Assembly (NCBI GenBank): GCA_002189035.1
Contig: NEEC01000002.1
Span: 6,386,001-6,450,000 of the forward strand
Origin: Utricularia gibba
Lineage: Eukaryota > Plantae > Magnoliophyta
DNA length: 64,000 nt
Direction of reading: 5' to 3'
Below the pieces are notes generated by a model, which had not been told where the DNA came from, searched no databases, and saw nothing but the letters and a program-made list of their open reading frames with translations. The position numbers were made by a program, and so were the translations under genes. Position 1 is the first letter of the stretch; the number at the start of each line of letters is the position of its first letter. Below, in pieces: positions 24,056 to 39,600 of the stretch.

Positions 24056-26466
24056 TTATAAACTAGTAATTTCCCTGTCGAGTTTCAGCCTTTTTGTACC
24101 AGGAACTTCTGAAGCAGTGTCAACTCTTTGTTGATGAGCTAATTCATGCAGAAAAGGACAGTTAGCTCCATTCCTGCACCCCTTTGGGGTGTTGAAAAAC
24201 GTGCATGGTTTCATAATCTTGTGCTTGGTATCCCTTGGTTTCCCCATAAACATCTGCTCTTGGCCGCTTTGAGTATTGAACTGAGGTGTGGGTGTCGGCT
24301 CTCGCCTTTCTCCGCCATGTTGCTGGATGAGGCTCTTATAGTAGCTGATATCTTTTGTGACTGGAACTGCCATCGATGGAGACGTCGTGGAGTTCACTTC
24401 AGCTGGAGAATTCCATATACCTGGGATAGGCACCGGAGTAAAATAAGCTGGCCCTGCCGGAGGAATAACATCTGGTCTGATAAACTGGGCTGCAGCTGAA
24501 TTCAAAGGTGCCATGGGAATATAGTTCGAGGTTAGACCCTGCAGCCTGATTGGCTGCGCTCCAGGTGCTCTGGATGAAGTTATATGCTGTTGGTTGCTGT
24601 TGGACGTGAAGCTGGGGAAATAGGAACAGTGTGTCAAGATCTGTGTACTTGAGGCTATGCTTTTGGAGTCGGAGGAGGATCGACTGTGGCTTGCAATGCA
24701 TTGCTCTATCACTTTCCGGTCACTTAGAATCTTGATAAGCAGCTCTCGATCTATCAAATTTCCCTGATCTTTCCCTGCCATTATGGAAGTCCAGGATGCC
24801 ATAACATCTGACCCTCCACTTCCAGATTGAACATTTCCAGCAGGATTACAGCCAGGTTGTACTTCTATTGAAGTATCCTCCTCTTCGATTGGTGTGAGCG
24901 GAATCACTGGAGTTTCTTCCGTGTGATTAGAGTATTCCACCGCATCCAGTCCACAAGGGCTGCGAGAAAGGAAATCCAGTAAGATTCTTGATGGGAACAA
25001 AATGAAGAATAATTAAAGACTGCATTGCAAATTGCACTTGGGAGGAATGGCCGATGGGCGAGGATAAATAGCTTCTAACACTCCCGATTCTCGTCGATTC
25101 TGAAATTCTACTTCTGTGCTTTCTTCTCCAGCAACCAGACTCCATTCCCTATTAACTTGAAACTGCGTTGCAACAAGAGATCTCATCAAGAATGGTAAAC
25201 TCCAACATCATCATTGATATTCAGGTTCATAGACCAGATCGGCTTTGAGCATTGAGAAGCTAGAATCTCAACGTGATCAAAGTCATGTGATCCTCGCCTC
25301 CCTTCTTTTTCGGCAATTGAAGCTAGAGGAAAGAATATGAGAAAAGCTTCTACAGACAAAACACTCAGCCATCTACATAAAAATAATATATAGACACTTA
25401 CTCTAGTAGGGAGATTCCATTTAACTAGTGGTATTTGAGATAACTTCACTCCCCATGAATTCGCATGCTGGAATCCTTCAAAACCCGGAGGCTGATTCCC
25501 ATTAGAACCCAGAATTTCATGTAGTGCTGAACCTGATGCCTTTGCTTGGAGATGGTCTTGAGTTCCAAAACCTACTTCTGAAGGAGATTCCTCTAATAAA
25601 AACATCCTTACCTACAAAACTCAATGATTCAATCTCACACATGAATCCAAGTACATGACAAAAATATAAAATACCAGTAGGAGCCATAGAAGGTACGCAC
25701 CAAAAAAAAATTATACCCCACAAATATAATAAAAAAAGGCCAAAAGGTTAACCAGAGACTAAACGATTCTCCGAGGACGCATTGCTACAAGATAAGGACC
25801 ATCTTACAAAGAAACCTCTAAACATCAGGAGCCAAAGCAGCACGAGCTTAAGACATTCACCAACCTTACTCACAGTTTGCGCACAGAGGTAAGACTTATC
25901 CACATGAAACCATGGTATAAAACTAATGACATTGATGGTGTTGTACTTTTTTAATTGGCTGGTATTGCTGCATACTGTCACAGAAAATTTTATCTGTTCA
26001 ATAAGGCTTGGTGTTGGTTGATTAGATTTTTTACAACATATGATCGGATCAATCTACAATCAAATTCAATTGGGAAAAGGGATAAAAGTGTTATTGCATA
26101 CAAATGATTTAAGCTATGTCAACGCTACCTCAAAGAAACAAAAAATACAGTCAACGCATTACCAATTAACCTTTCACCTGAGGCTTCGAAAAAAGATTCG
26201 CTTTATGAATTGATTATACAAAGTTGAAAAACGTCTCTTGAACAGGCAACTCCATACGAATACTCATCGGCCGACCATATTTCGCAGCGAATCGGAACAT
26301 AGAAACATAAAAACGATTTTGGTAACCACCTTCTTTCTTATGAATCTTCATTACCAATTTTACAAATCCTCAAGAAATTCTCCAACGAAATGGCAGAAAA
26401 GATATACCTGACAGAGAGTAAAATCGGATGCCCAAGTCACCCTTTTCACTTTCTTCGATCCTCCAT
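24056..26466 (-). CDS. CCCH zinc-finger protein (C3H6/At1g19860-like), 4 exons; -1 frameshift immediately after the ATG
   Basis: KKVKRVTWASDFTLCQ | VRMFLLEESPSEVG...QDHLQAK | VAGEESTEVE...VLEAIYPRPSAIPP | LIDRELLIKILSD...CTFFNTPKGCRNGANCPFLH (C-x8-C-x5-C-x3-H). Confidence 0.9.
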
Positions 26467-27593
26467 GTTACCCATAAACTAATTCGATTCGCAACGTATA
26501 TACAACTGGATGTAAATCTTATGCATTCGATCAATCTCCGGACTCTGGGTTGTGCTGCCAGCCAAATGTCTTTGAACACGCTGTATTCTCTCGATTAAAT
26601 TTTAGCCCATTGCTTCTGAATCTGATCTACGAATTGGATATCGAGAGCACGGACGTTGCACGAAACCCTGAACAGAAACCCTAGATCCATCCACGTTTTC
26701 TCGCCATCCTCTTCAGCGTTCCGCCGCTATCTGTTGAAACTTGGGCCAGCAAACATACATACGCACAGTCGCACACGCGCGGAAAACGATTTTTTTTTTT
26801 TTTTTACTTTCCCTTTTTTAGTTGGGAAATTCAAATTTCGATATCCCCATATATGTACACCAAATATCACTATCCGCATAATCTTGGTTTTGATTTGATA
26901 CCCAATTCGTTTTATGCGATATTATCTGCTTCAAATACTTAATTCTCATGACTTTACTTTTTTTCTTATTTTAACTTGTTTTCTTAAAAGGTTATCTATT
27001 CTTATTTTATCGTAGATCATATGTAATCATTTTACTCAATATAATCATTTCTTTCATCTGTAATCAATGTAGAATTCACTTAAGACTATTCTATACTTTC
27101 ATGGGATAGGACATCACATATATAATTATTTATAAATCAGATCATCCTTATTGTGTAGATCATACATTAAAATAAAAAATTAATATCAAGAATTGTTAAT
27201 TTTTCACATATATATTAAAAATGATTGAATTTCTAAAGATTTGAAATAAATATAAGCATTTAATGGATAATTATTTTTAAAAAATGACCATCTTCATATT
27301 CTATCTCACCAAAATTTTTACATTGAGTATGATCATTTGCCACTTTTCTAAGTATCTACTTGAAAATGGTGACAAACAATGCAAAAGATAAAAAGAAGAT
27401 GAGAGAGTTCCAGTCACAAACAATGGGAGATGATCAGAAGTAAGTCAATTTACAAACACAGAGTCTTGTTCTTTTATATATGTCTGGAGACATGCAGTAG
27501 TTGTAGCTAGTTCCTGTTGTATTCAGACAAAGCAAACACAATGTGTGAATATGAAGGGGCTTCCACCTCAGTTTTCTGATGTTGGTGGCTTCA

Positions 27594-30343
27594 TCATCGC
27601 CGCCATTTCCGGTCTAGAAACAGTATTACAGAGTGAGATGTGAAAAGATTTGCTGTAGGGAAATGGCTAAGTTCAGGGTTTACCTTGAGGAGATTTAGTG
27701 CTGTTTCCTGCTGCATTCTGTTGTGTCAGTGGTAGAGTGCGCTGGATACGGGAGATTCCTGCCTCTCATTTGAACCAGGAAGAGAACGTCTCTTTTTTAT
27801 GAATGTGCCCTTTTCTTGCGCATCTGGGCTTGATCTTGGAGAGCCGTTTGCAATCAATTTCGCCTTAGCTGACTCGGTGGCCTGCATATATCCCGGTAGA
27901 GAGTTGCTGCTGCTAGTGGTGTCTCTTAGGTCCTGATCCTTATGATCATGTTTTGCTGAACCAGATGAGTTTCTAGATATTCTGGATTTGTGCTCCTGTG
28001 AATGTTCCATGCTGCTTCTAGAGGAAGAATCTTGAATGAGAGTTGAGTGTGGTGTTTGTTCATTTATCATAACCCCGACCTTGGAAGGAGACTCGGCTTT
28101 TTCCACTTCATTGGCAGCAGACACTTGGCTGGAAGGTGTTGCCTGAGATTCAGGGATGTTGGTTTGACTCATTTGGCTCCTTGGAGAATTTTCAGGTGAC
28201 GGCTTCTGGTTCTCTATCTCTGCTGAGGTGTTCTCATTCAGAAGCGAATCTGTTATAGGAGTGATAGATTCCTGTAATTCCTTGGCCTCCGGGTATGAAG
28301 GATGAAGCTCTGCTGCCTTCTCACTCGTAACATGATTGGTCTCATATGGAACTCCTGTTTCCGGTCGAATTTCAATGACTCCAAACTCAGATCCATCTGA
28401 ATCCAGTGTAGAGGAGATAGAAAGTTCAGTTCCGCACTCAGAGCCACAAATCCCAATTGCTGATGCAGAAGAAGTAACACCATCAATGAGTACTTTATCC
28501 CTCGACTTGGACTGATCATGATCAGGAGGAGAATATTGGTCACAACTGGAGAAGCTGGTTAACTTCAGAGGCGTGGCATCTGAGGTTAGATCCTCATACT
28601 TCGATTCCTTGGCAATGAAAGCAGGATTACTAGCATTTCCAGAGAACTCTTCCACTTCAGTGTTCGGTTCCTCAGCAGAGCAAATTTTTGGTTCAGCTTT
28701 TATCCCTTCACTTCCTGACTTCTCCTCGGCCGGAGATTCTGCCGCCTCAATGTCATTCAAGTCTGTTCCCTTTGTTTCCATTGGAACGGATTCTGCAATG
28801 AAGGGTCCTGAATGATGGAGCAAAGGTGCCACATGTTTCAGTGGCTTAAGATTGAAGCCGTCTGCATCATACACAATCGCATTGCTTTCATCTTCGGATC
28901 CTTCTGCTGATCCAGCAAATTCAGGTATTATCTCAATTGTCTCTGAAAGACTTCCAGGTGTAGCTACACCATCATCAATAGCATCAGAATCATCAGGTCT
29001 TTCAGCTGATTTCTCAATGGTTGCAGATCCAGATCCCTGATGCTCATCACTCACTGTTGAAGCTGACGTCCATATTTCAAGCCACTTCCAGGAGTCCGAC
29101 TTGGGTTCACATTTGATAATGATGCGTTTGGTTCTTGGCGTTGACTCCATAAGCTTAATAAAAATCCATGGACAACATCAAGGTCTATAATTAGAACTCA
29201 AAACGATGTTAAAGCCACATGTTTACCTGATTTGCAAAAGCATTGGTAAGTAGTTTGTCGATGGATACATAGGTGCATTTGCAATTTGGTTCAACTTCTT
29301 TCGTAGCCTGCAAGAAACAGGCATCCTCATGTTAGAATGCTCAGCAACAGAAGACACTTCCGAGGAAGATTCATTTTTATGATAAATGGAAAGTAGATTA
29401 AACAGCAGCCACACACTACAGTTGATCCCTTTTCTTGGCTCCTACCTTCTTTGCAGAATCATTAGAGCCATCGATAAGCAATCGAGCACGTACGCGAGCT
29501 TGGATTCTAATGATCGCTTGGACACAACAAAGTGCCCCAACAGCCTGCTTACGAACTAAGTGTCCACGCACAGCAGCTTGTAATTTGGTAACATTCTTCT
29601 CTTTCAAGAACAACCTTCGAGCCTAGCAAAAAAAAACAAAAAATTATCCTCATTTCCAGTCAAAAGAATGATTTTGGAGTTGGAAAGAACAGGAAGAAGG
29701 TTACCAGAAATCCCCTAATGAAAGCCTGGATTATGACAACACTAGCCTCATCAAAGGTACAAACTTCTTCGGAATTATCCTCAACCTCATCAAGGATGTT
29801 CGATATCTTGGATTCCTGTTCAGTAGACGTCACATTCTTTTCCTCAATCGGTTGAACGACTGGAGTCTTCTCAGTCACATCTACGCCAGCCTCAGCCTGG
29901 CAGCTCACTGACTTAACTTCATGGTTTTCGTTGTTTACGGACTGAGGCACTTCCTGGCCAAACTGATCAGTCAATACTCGATGTCGAGCTGATCTCTTCC
30001 GGAAACTCCATCCACGACGATCCGTTGAACCCTTGCTCTACGAACAGATTCCATAAAAAAATAAGACAATTCAGCTAAAAAAACATCCAAATTGAATCAT
30101 CTGCCGTAACAATTTTCAGGAATTGGATTTAAACCGTCTTAATCACAATCTAATTAGTTTCACCTCAAAACAGTGACAGATCCACTTCCAAGTAACAAAA
30201 ATATCAAATCCATAACCGCAATGCAGCTCAAAAAACGCATCAAATAAACGAGTTCATACATCAGCAGCTTGAACATCGTCATGGTCGACTGAGCGACTGC
30301 CGCATGCGAGGATCTTGAAGCACGACGGAGCAGATTTACCCAT
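27594..30343 (-). CDS. IQD32: IQ67-domain calmodulin-binding protein IQD32-like with C-terminal DUF4005; one -1 frameshift near 27755
   Basis: MGKSAPSCFKILAC, DRRGWSFRKRSARHRVL, IIQAFIRGFL, KLQAAVRGHLVRKQA, IQARVRAR, WKWLEIW, LPGYMQATESAKAK and terminal DRKWRR*. Confidence 0.92.
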
Positions 30344-33300
30344 ACCTATTCTCATTCTCATAAATCTGGAGCAGAATTTGTACGGCTGCGCTCCCTCCGC
30401 CGGCCGCAACTTCACCACCACACTTCGCCGGTCGTTTGAAAATGGGAAGAAATGCGGGGGAATAGCAGACCTCAACCACTCAGTAGATCTCGTTCCCTTT
30501 TTCTATCTGCATCCCGGTTATTTTTCTCATCATCATTATTATTATTAATAGCCAATGGGAGCGATGATTAGCGTAGTTAAGCTAACTCCTCAGCCATTAA
30601 TTACATTTTACTAGCGTAGGTGCAGGGGACAGAATTATTTTATTTAATGGGATTATAATAAATGCACACCTAGGCGTGGGGCCCAGCGGGACAAATCTGG
30701 TTGTGATTAGGACGGCTGAGGTGATTAAGCGCCAATGATTGGTGGTAAGAACGCGTTTGATTGGTCCACGCGGCGAAATAACATTGGAGGATGGGGCACT
30801 TGAGTGGACCCCAGGGGTTTTAATGGAATACCAAATCTCACTTTTTAATCACTTTATTTGTTTTAATTACTTAGGTACTAGCTGCACCTGAACAGAAAAT
30901 TCAGGTGTTTGGGATTATAATTGTTTATTTAATTAAAAATGCATTTTTATTATGGGGTAAAAATAAAACAAATCCACAAAATTAGAAATATTTATCTCAT
31001 AATTATATGATATATTTTTTTAAAAATAACCTAATAATTAGAGCGGTTGGTAGTTAGTTGAGGACCACTGGCCAGTCATGAACATCCCCACACCCAACCA
31101 CTTTATCATCTCTTCATGTGTGTATGGGTAGTTGGACATTTTTCTGTCAAATTTTTAATTATGATAAGTGACTTTGGCACCAATGAGTACTTATCATTTA
31201 CCAAAATTGCACTACTACTCCTCACTGTTTGATGAAAATGATGATTTTAATTTCCATTGACATAATTGATCTCTATTATTTAATTGTTATCATTTTTAAT
31301 CTTTCAAATTTGACTTATTATATAAAATTACTTTTCAATATTTGTTTAATCAGATCCAAGAAGAAAAATCGATATGACTGTCATGGTTTATATGAAATCA
31401 TTAAAGAAATAAAGATCATATATTGGATGAAAAATGCGAAGACGTTGTTTTTATATGATGACGATTTCAATTGAAAAGATATATCATTGTAACGAAAAGT
31501 ATTATAAAAAAATTAAAAACATTCAAAAATCAATAATAGCATCCAATATTGATGGGATTAGTATAAAAAGTTCAATTTTTTTAAAAGAATAAATAGTATA
31601 TTTAAATAACTCATTTCATGGATTTAATGTATATTATCAATTCCAAATTTAGTTAAATAGTTTCTATTGTCATATTTAATATTCAAATTTTGACATATTG
31701 CATTTTTAATTCCCAATTTTTTGATACTACAATCATATTAAGTTTTAATTTTTTTTTATTTCAATCATTTTTTATCCCCATTATTTAAATACGAGTTAGA
31801 ATTGATTTTTAATATCTAAAAATTAGATATAATTGATCTTTATTATTTCATAATTTGATAAAATTGGTCCTCATTTTTTTGACTACCATCGATTGGAAAT
31901 AGTAAAGTAGTACAATTGAATTTAGGGAAAAAAATTAAAATTTTAAATTGGAGATCGATTTTACCATTAATTTAAATAATGAATATTATTTTTATTCTAT
32001 TTTAAAACAGTAGTAAGCTAATTATAAACGATTTTTAAAATGATGTAAATTAAAAAATTATTTTTAAGGACCAATTATACTATTTAGATAAAAAGTAAGG
32101 AATATTGTTATAAGTTTTATAATAAAAAATTAGGTTGTAGTAAAATAAAAAACAAAATGTACTATTTTAACCTAAAAATAATAATTAATCCCCTGACACG
32201 TTATCCGGCATAACCCCTTGCTGGGGCCCATGCTCGTCATTAAACCTTTTTAGAGATCCAACAAGACTGGATTAAAGTGTCGCAGCCATGTTCCATTAAG
32301 GGCTGAAAGGGGACCACAACCCCCCTTGTGCGCCCTCCACGTGTACATGCAGAAGGTTCGCCGCCGGGTCGCTGTCCGCAAATGGATTTTTTTTTGTCTT
32401 ATCATTTATTTAAATATTCAAGTCATTTTCTATGCAAGTTCTGGGCCGTAAAAATAAAAGCCCATGAACATATGAAAAGACGAGGAAAGCCCATAAAATA
32501 AATTATTGCCATAATTAAAATAATACCTTTAATATAAATGTATTTGATTTATTATAATTTATAAAATATAATTTATAAATTTATAAAATTAAAAATTAAA
32601 AATTATTTTCATCCCAAATGAATCTATTTTATTATAATAAGTTCTAAAACTATATTAATTTTCATTCTATCATAATTAAATTTTGTAAGAAAGCTTTTTG
32701 TAGCTGTTGGACATGTATATGTGACGTGGGCAGATTCCATCAGCGGGGAATTTTCAATTAGCAGTAGTTTACAGATTCGTGTTGTTGTCGCTGTGCCGCT
32801 CGGGGGATGGCCGTCTGAAAACGTTGAAGAATTGGCAGGAAGAAGGTTTGCAGCCATTACTTTATTCCACCAGATCTTAGCTTTTGTGTAATGTAGTTAA
32901 CAGTCCCTTGTTTCTGGTTGCCTTTAACTGACGCTTTAATTTTCGTATAGCAGCTCTTGATTCTGTTGAAATATTCGTGATTAGAACTGCTCTGTGCGAC
33001 CCGCCAAAATTTAGTGCTGTCTTGCGAACAAGGTGGCCTTCCCATGTTTCAATTTTAGTTTATTGAGGCGGGAAATTGGTTGTGTATTTATTTGTATCTT
33101 GTAATGGTAGATTCGAGTGGCTGGTGTGCGATTTGGAGGGAAGTTGGGGGGCTAAGCGTTGTTCTTTACCGTAGTTGGGGAGGCTGCTCAGGTTTGTTTT
33201 GCCGGGATGTTGTATTTGAGTTTCCTGCATTAGGAATATGACGAACCCTAGGTGTTGTGTTTGTATTGAATCTGATTTGGGTGTTTGAAAAGCGGTTATT

Positions 33301-33630
33301 GGCATTTTTAATTATTTGGATGGTACGTTTTGTTTGACGATGTATTTGAAGTTAGGGCTAGATGAAGTTCTTTCGTGACTGATTAGATCCAGGGTGTTGG
33401 GATTGGGGATGAAGGATTATTCGCCTGGAAATTCTTTCTGATATCTTTTGGAGGAAATGAGACTATGAAATCCGACCTTTTACCCTTTTCCCCTTTCTGT
33501 TTTTGCTGACGTTGAAGTTTTGATCCAGGTGGAGCCGGCATCTAAAGGGTGGTGGGGATTCAATTGGACTCGGGGCTAGATTTTAGGGGTTTGTTGTTCA
33601 GAGGAATTGGAACGTTACAGCACTTTGATA

Positions 33631-36600
33631 ATGGAGGAGGATTTTCATCAAATGCCTAAAGCTATGGAAGAAAGTGCTTCTGAGGAGGATGAGCCAATAG
33701 TCGAGCTCTTCAAGGCGCAGAACAAAAGAAAGTCTAAGAAAATTAAAGTTGTTGATGAGAGTGGTCATTGTCAGGATAAAGGTGTTAAAAATATGCTTAC
33801 CGAGGATGAAGACTTTTGTGATATGGATGACACCTTGGCAAATCTTAGGAGAAAGCTAAGAAGTTCAAAAAAGACTGGCCCATCCACTATATCTGCAAGT
33901 TTCGATGCAGAAAATAATGAAGTGATGAAATCAGAACTATCCATTGGAGGTCTGGCCAAGGTAGATATTCCTTCCAACTCATCTGACTGTAATCAGATGA
34001 CTAGGTCTGCTGGTTATGTGGATGAGTCATCTAGAGAAGCAATTTCAGGGAATTCACCCCTCATCTCCTCAGACGGCCGCATGCCCTCTTGTGCCCAGGT
34101 GCTTTCAGGTAAATTCTATCTTGTAGATATTTTTAAATTTTTTCCAAAGCCACAGGAAACCGAACAAAATTCAAAATAAAAGAAAAGAAAAAGCAAATGA
34201 GTTATTCATAAAAAAAAAAAAAAATCACTGATTGTATGCATGCCACATCTTGGTGTTATGCAAATAAATGACGTAGTGTCACCTAGAATCAAAGTAGGCC
34301 TTGGGATGTGAAAGTGGTAATCTTCTTGATGGCTCGTTCCCATTTAACTTCTCATACATGAATTACTGATTCTTTAGAATAGCAAGTTCCTGAAAAATAT
34401 CATCGTGTATTCAGAATGTGTTAACTGAACCAAAACATGTTCTGAATCTTCTTGTATTTTTCAGATGGTGTGCGTGGTACAAAATATGATCATCCATTTG
34501 AAGACGAGGACCGTGAAGAAGGCTGCCCAGATGATTCAGGGTCACCTGCTGACAATGAAACTAAAGGACGTTCACTTGGTCAGCGAGCAATGAGGGCGGT
34601 GAAAAAGCATCGTCATGGAGACATGGCTTATGATGGTGATATTGACTGGGAAGTTCTTATGCAAAGTCAAGAATTTTTTAACAGTCAAACTTCAGATAGA
34701 CAGAGAGATAAAGTACTTACATCATCTGCTGCTTCAGTTTCTGAAAATGGAAAAGCTGCGGCAGTGAAAATGGGATTAAAAGCTCGTGGAGCTGGACCCC
34801 TGGAGAAGATAAAATTTAAGGAGGTTTTGAAGCGTAAAGGTGGACTTCAAGAATATCTGGAGTGCAGGTCGGTACCTTTCTTTCTTTTGGACTACTGTCG
34901 TTTCTACCAGGGAAACGTTTAAATCTATACTTTCTAGTTTATAAACTTTCTTGTTGTAGTTCCTTTTTGGGGGTTTCAGGATCTACTTGTTATTAATGTC
35001 AAAGTTTATTTTGAAAAAAAAAAACATATTTTTTTTTTCATTGCCTGACAAAGCTTAGGTTTAGGTGTAAATCTAATGCAAATTATTACTCTAGTTTAAG
35101 CAGCTAGCATTGCAATTATCTTTTTATAGTCCGTTGCTTGCTTTTCTCTGTGTAACCCCAGCATTTAAGATTTTCAGGAACTACATTTTGAGTGTATGGA
35201 ATAAGGATGTCACTCGCATGTTGCGATTGGAAGCCTTTGGAGTGCCTCAGGCTCCTGTAATTGGTGAAGATTCTCATGCTTCTCTAATCAGAGATATCTA
35301 TACCTTTCTTGATCAGTTTGTAAGTTCATCCAATTCTATTCTTCTAGTGAACTTGTTGCACTTTTTTAGATTCCTAGTGTTGCTCCTACATAATTGAGTT
35401 CTTGAATGGGTTTTAACAGGGTTACATTAACTTTGGAATAACTACTGAAAAGACACCAACTATTGAAAACTGCATCAAGCCTGAGGATTTCCTGAGTGAG
35501 AAATCTGCAGAAGTTTCCGGCCTTTCTCCTGTCTATAAGGAGAATGGTGTTTCCTTGTGTCATACAAGAGAAAAAATATTAGAGACATACATTAGTGAAA
35601 GAAGTAGTGATGGATTGCCAGATGGAGTGTGTGAGGGCAGGCACATAGCGGATCATGTTCAAGTCAAACTTGAGTCATTGAGTTCAGTTCCCAAATGTTC
35701 ATGTGAGGGGGTACCATCTGATCAGCAGCAAGTACTTGAACCAATCCCTGCTGAAGATCTTCCTGCACTGGAGCCTGATTCACTTTCATCAACTCTGGTG
35801 TCTAATTTGGTTGAAAATCATGCCTTCAATGGTTCAGCATCTTGCCACTTACACTGTGAATCTGCTCATGAAAATGGTTTAGTACATACAAAAAACATAA
35901 TAGTAGTAGGAGCTGGTCCAGCAGGTTTAACTGCAGCACGACACCTGGAACGCCAAGGATTTTCAGTTACAGTGCTAGAGGCAAGGAGCAGAATTGGAGG
36001 TCGGGTTTATACAGATCGGACATCATTAAGTGTTCCCGTAGATCTTGGAGCTAGCATCATTACAGGCATTGAGGCAGATGTGGCTGGCGAGAGGAGGCCT
36101 GATCCATCTTCACTGTTATGTGCTCAACTTGGATTGGAGTTGACTGTCTTGAAGAGTGAATGCCCTCTATATGATACTGTTACTGGTCAAAAGGTCCCTG
36201 CAGAACTGGATGATGATTTGGAGGCAGAATATAATAGCCTACTTGATGACATGGTCATGCTAGCTGCGGAGAAAGGGGAGCATGCAGAAAAAATGTCTCT
36301 TGAAGATGGTTTGGAGTATGGTCTTAGAACACGTTGTGTATCCCAGCCCCATTATGGCAAGCCTCATGCAGAAAAGGTACAAGATGTTTCAGTCTCTTCT
36401 GAGGGGTGTTCGACTGATCAGGAAATCACGAATACACTTGGTTGTTTGCCTGTGACTATGAGCCCTCTTGAGAGGAGAGTAATGGATTGGCACTTTGCCC
36501 ACCTCGAGTACGGTTGTGCTGCTTTACTTAAAGACGTTTCTCTTCCAAATTGGAATCAAGATGATGTTTATGGGGGTTTGGTGGAGCACATTGTATGATT

Positions 36601-39600
36601 AAGGGAGGGTATAGTAAAGTTGTTGAAGCTCTTGGAGAGGGAATTCGTGTACACCTAAACCATGCTGTTGCAGAAATTTGTTATCAACCAATGGAATCTG
36701 ATAAGGACAATGGGGGACATAAAACTGTCAGAGTTTCTACATCGAATGGCAAGGAATTCTTTGGAGATGCTGTCCTGGTGACCGTTCCACTTGGATGCTT
36801 GAAGGCAGATGCCATCAAATTCTCTCCATCATTGCCTCTGTGGAAATGTCAGTCTATCAAAAGGCTTGGTTTTGGAGTCCTAAACAAAGTAGTCATAGAA
36901 TTCCCTGAAGTGTTTTGGGATGACACAATTGACTATTTTGGTGCTACTGCTGATGATACTGAGCAGCGAGGCTGGTGTTTTATGTTTTGGAATCTCAAAA
37001 AAACAGTTGGGGCTCCTGTTCTTATTGCATTAGTTGTTGGAAAAGCTGCAATAAATGGACAAGATGTCAGCTCCTCTGACCACGTAAATCATGCATTGCT
37101 GGTACTCAGGAAATTGTTTGGGGAAGACAAGGTTCCTGATCCTGTTGCATCTGTTGTGACTGACTGGGGAAGGGATCCTAATAGCTTTGGTGCTTACTCC
37201 TATGTTGCTGTGGGATCATCTGGTGAAGACTACGATATATTGGCAAGACCAGTAGAAAATTGTGTATTTTTTGCTGGCGAAGCCACATGCAAAGAGCATC
37301 CTGACACTGTTGGTGGTGCAATTATGAGCGGGCTTCGGGAAGCTGTGCGTATTATCAGTATACTAAGTAGTGGTACTGATTGCATTGCAGAAGCAGAGGC
37401 TATGGAAACTGCACGAAGAAAGTTAGATATCCAAAGGAGTGAAGTCAGGGATATTATCAACCAGCTAGATGCTGCTGAGTTCTCTAGTGACTTGTACAAC
37501 CAGTCTTTAGATGGATCGAAGGTCTCCACATGGGAATCAATGTTGAAGGATATGTTTTTTAATGCACAAACATTGGCTGGGAGGTTGTGTCTCGCGAAAG
37601 AGCTGGTTAACCTTCCTGTGGAGTTTTTGAGGACTTTCATGAGCACTAAAGATGGGCTCAGCGTTCTTAACTCCTGGATTTTGGTAACTTCGCATACTTT
37701 CCTCTTCAATTTGTAGTTCGTCTGTAGGGTATGCTGACAAGGATAACAAGGCAATTTTCATGAGCTTTGTGTCTGCTGACAGGATTCCATGGGAAAGGAT
37801 GGAACCCAGCTATTGCGCCGTTGCGTCCGTCTGCTTTTGCTTGTTTCAAATGATCTTCTTGCAGTTCGTCTATCAGGTATCATTACTCGCGTTTCTGTAC
37901 TACTTTCTAATTGGTTTCTCTTATGCTTTTGCAATTGATTATGATGATCAAAATTTCTGCACTAATTTTCTGTAATACCTTTAATGAATTTGAGTATCGC
38001 CTTTTTTGTGTTAGCATTTGGCCAAGATGTTTTATCTGCATTTTAGGAGCTAAATATGTTGTGTGGAATAAATGTTTTTTTTTTTTTTCCATTGCAATAT
38101 AGGTGTAGGAAAAACCATCAAGGAGAAAGTGTGTATGCATACTAGCCGTGACATACGCTCTATTGCGAGCCAGCTAGTTAGTGTGTGGGTGGACCTTTTC
38201 CGCAAGGAAAAGGCTAAAAGGTTGACTTCAAAGGTTGGGTCCCTTGCTGCTGCTAGGAAACCACCTACCGGCACACCCCATGCAGAGGCCAGAGGGAACA
38301 CCAGCGTTTCAGAATCTGGAAAGCCAAATTCCATTGTGGAAGAAAGTCTTCCTATGTCTGAAGAAGAAAAGGCTGCACTGGAAGCTGCAGAAGCAGCCCA
38401 TGCTGCAGCCATTGCTGCTGCCAAGGTTTGCTCTTTGATTCTTCTTCTAACATCTTCAGCATCATCACCCTCCACCTTCATGTTATGTTTTTTTTTTTTT
38501 TATTTCATAAATATCATGGATTGGCTTTGTTTGATAGATCAGAGAGTAATATTCTCACACATTTGCTCGTTCCATGGATGCCTTTGCGCATTTTCTTTTA
38601 ATTTGTCATTGAAAGTTTTAATGGCATAACACTTTGGCTCAGAAATTACTTGGAATGCTGATGTACTTGACTGTACTTCATATCTTGGTGGTGAAGTGGT
38701 TTTAAATTCTCTGTAAATTTTTGGTCTTGAACATGATCAATGTATTGGACTCAATCATGGAGTTAGTAAAGTTTCTTTTTCTCCAGTAATTATGCACTTG
38801 TGCTTTTTATTACTCTTGGAAAGTGGCCTTTTAATGTCTTCTCAACACCCTGTTGTGCTCCAAAACTGCAGGCATATGGTTTGATGCAGAAAAGATCAGT
38901 AAAGGCTCCAAAGATTCTCTCGTTCCAAAAATTTGCGATGCAGGAACAGTACCCTCATGTGGATGTACCCGGTAGTCGAAAGAACTGGCATGGTGCTCAA
39001 GAAAAGCAAGATTATGTATCTGAAATTGACTCATGGAACCGCAGAGTGAGAGATTGGGCAATTGATTTCTCAGCGACTCCTGTTGACCCAGAGAGCTCAA
39101 AAACATTGGACAGCGATCATTCTCAACGAAATGGTGTGAATGATGTTGCGGTTCAGTTGCAAATCAGAGAATACTCTGCCGAAAGTATGGCATTGGATAG
39201 CAGCATATTGACGAAGGCTTGGGTTGATAGTTCTGGCGGGATGAAAGATTACAATGCTATCGAAAGATGGCAGTGTCAGGCAGCAGCTGCTAGTTCTGGA
39301 TTCTCGCACGAGACACTGCATGGGAAACATGAGGATGATTCAAGCATGAGTTCAAAATCACATAAACAGAAAGAAGACCCTTCAACAATTGAAAGCTCTG
39401 GTTCACATGCTACAAGGAAAAAATCAAAAGGCAATCATAGCAGCGGCGCTGAAAATATAAAGCACGCAGTTGTGGATTATGTGGCTTCATTGCTCATGCC
39501 ACTTTATAAAGCAAGGAAGATCGATAGGGAAGGTTACAAATCAATAATGAAGAAAGCTGCTACCAAGGTTTTTGCCTTATATCGTCTTCTAGTTTCTTTA

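Noticed and set aside
31200-32200. AT-rich IQD32-LDL3 spacer as a defined transposon
   Set aside because: It looks like MITE/Helitron debris, but I could not define termini or a TSD.
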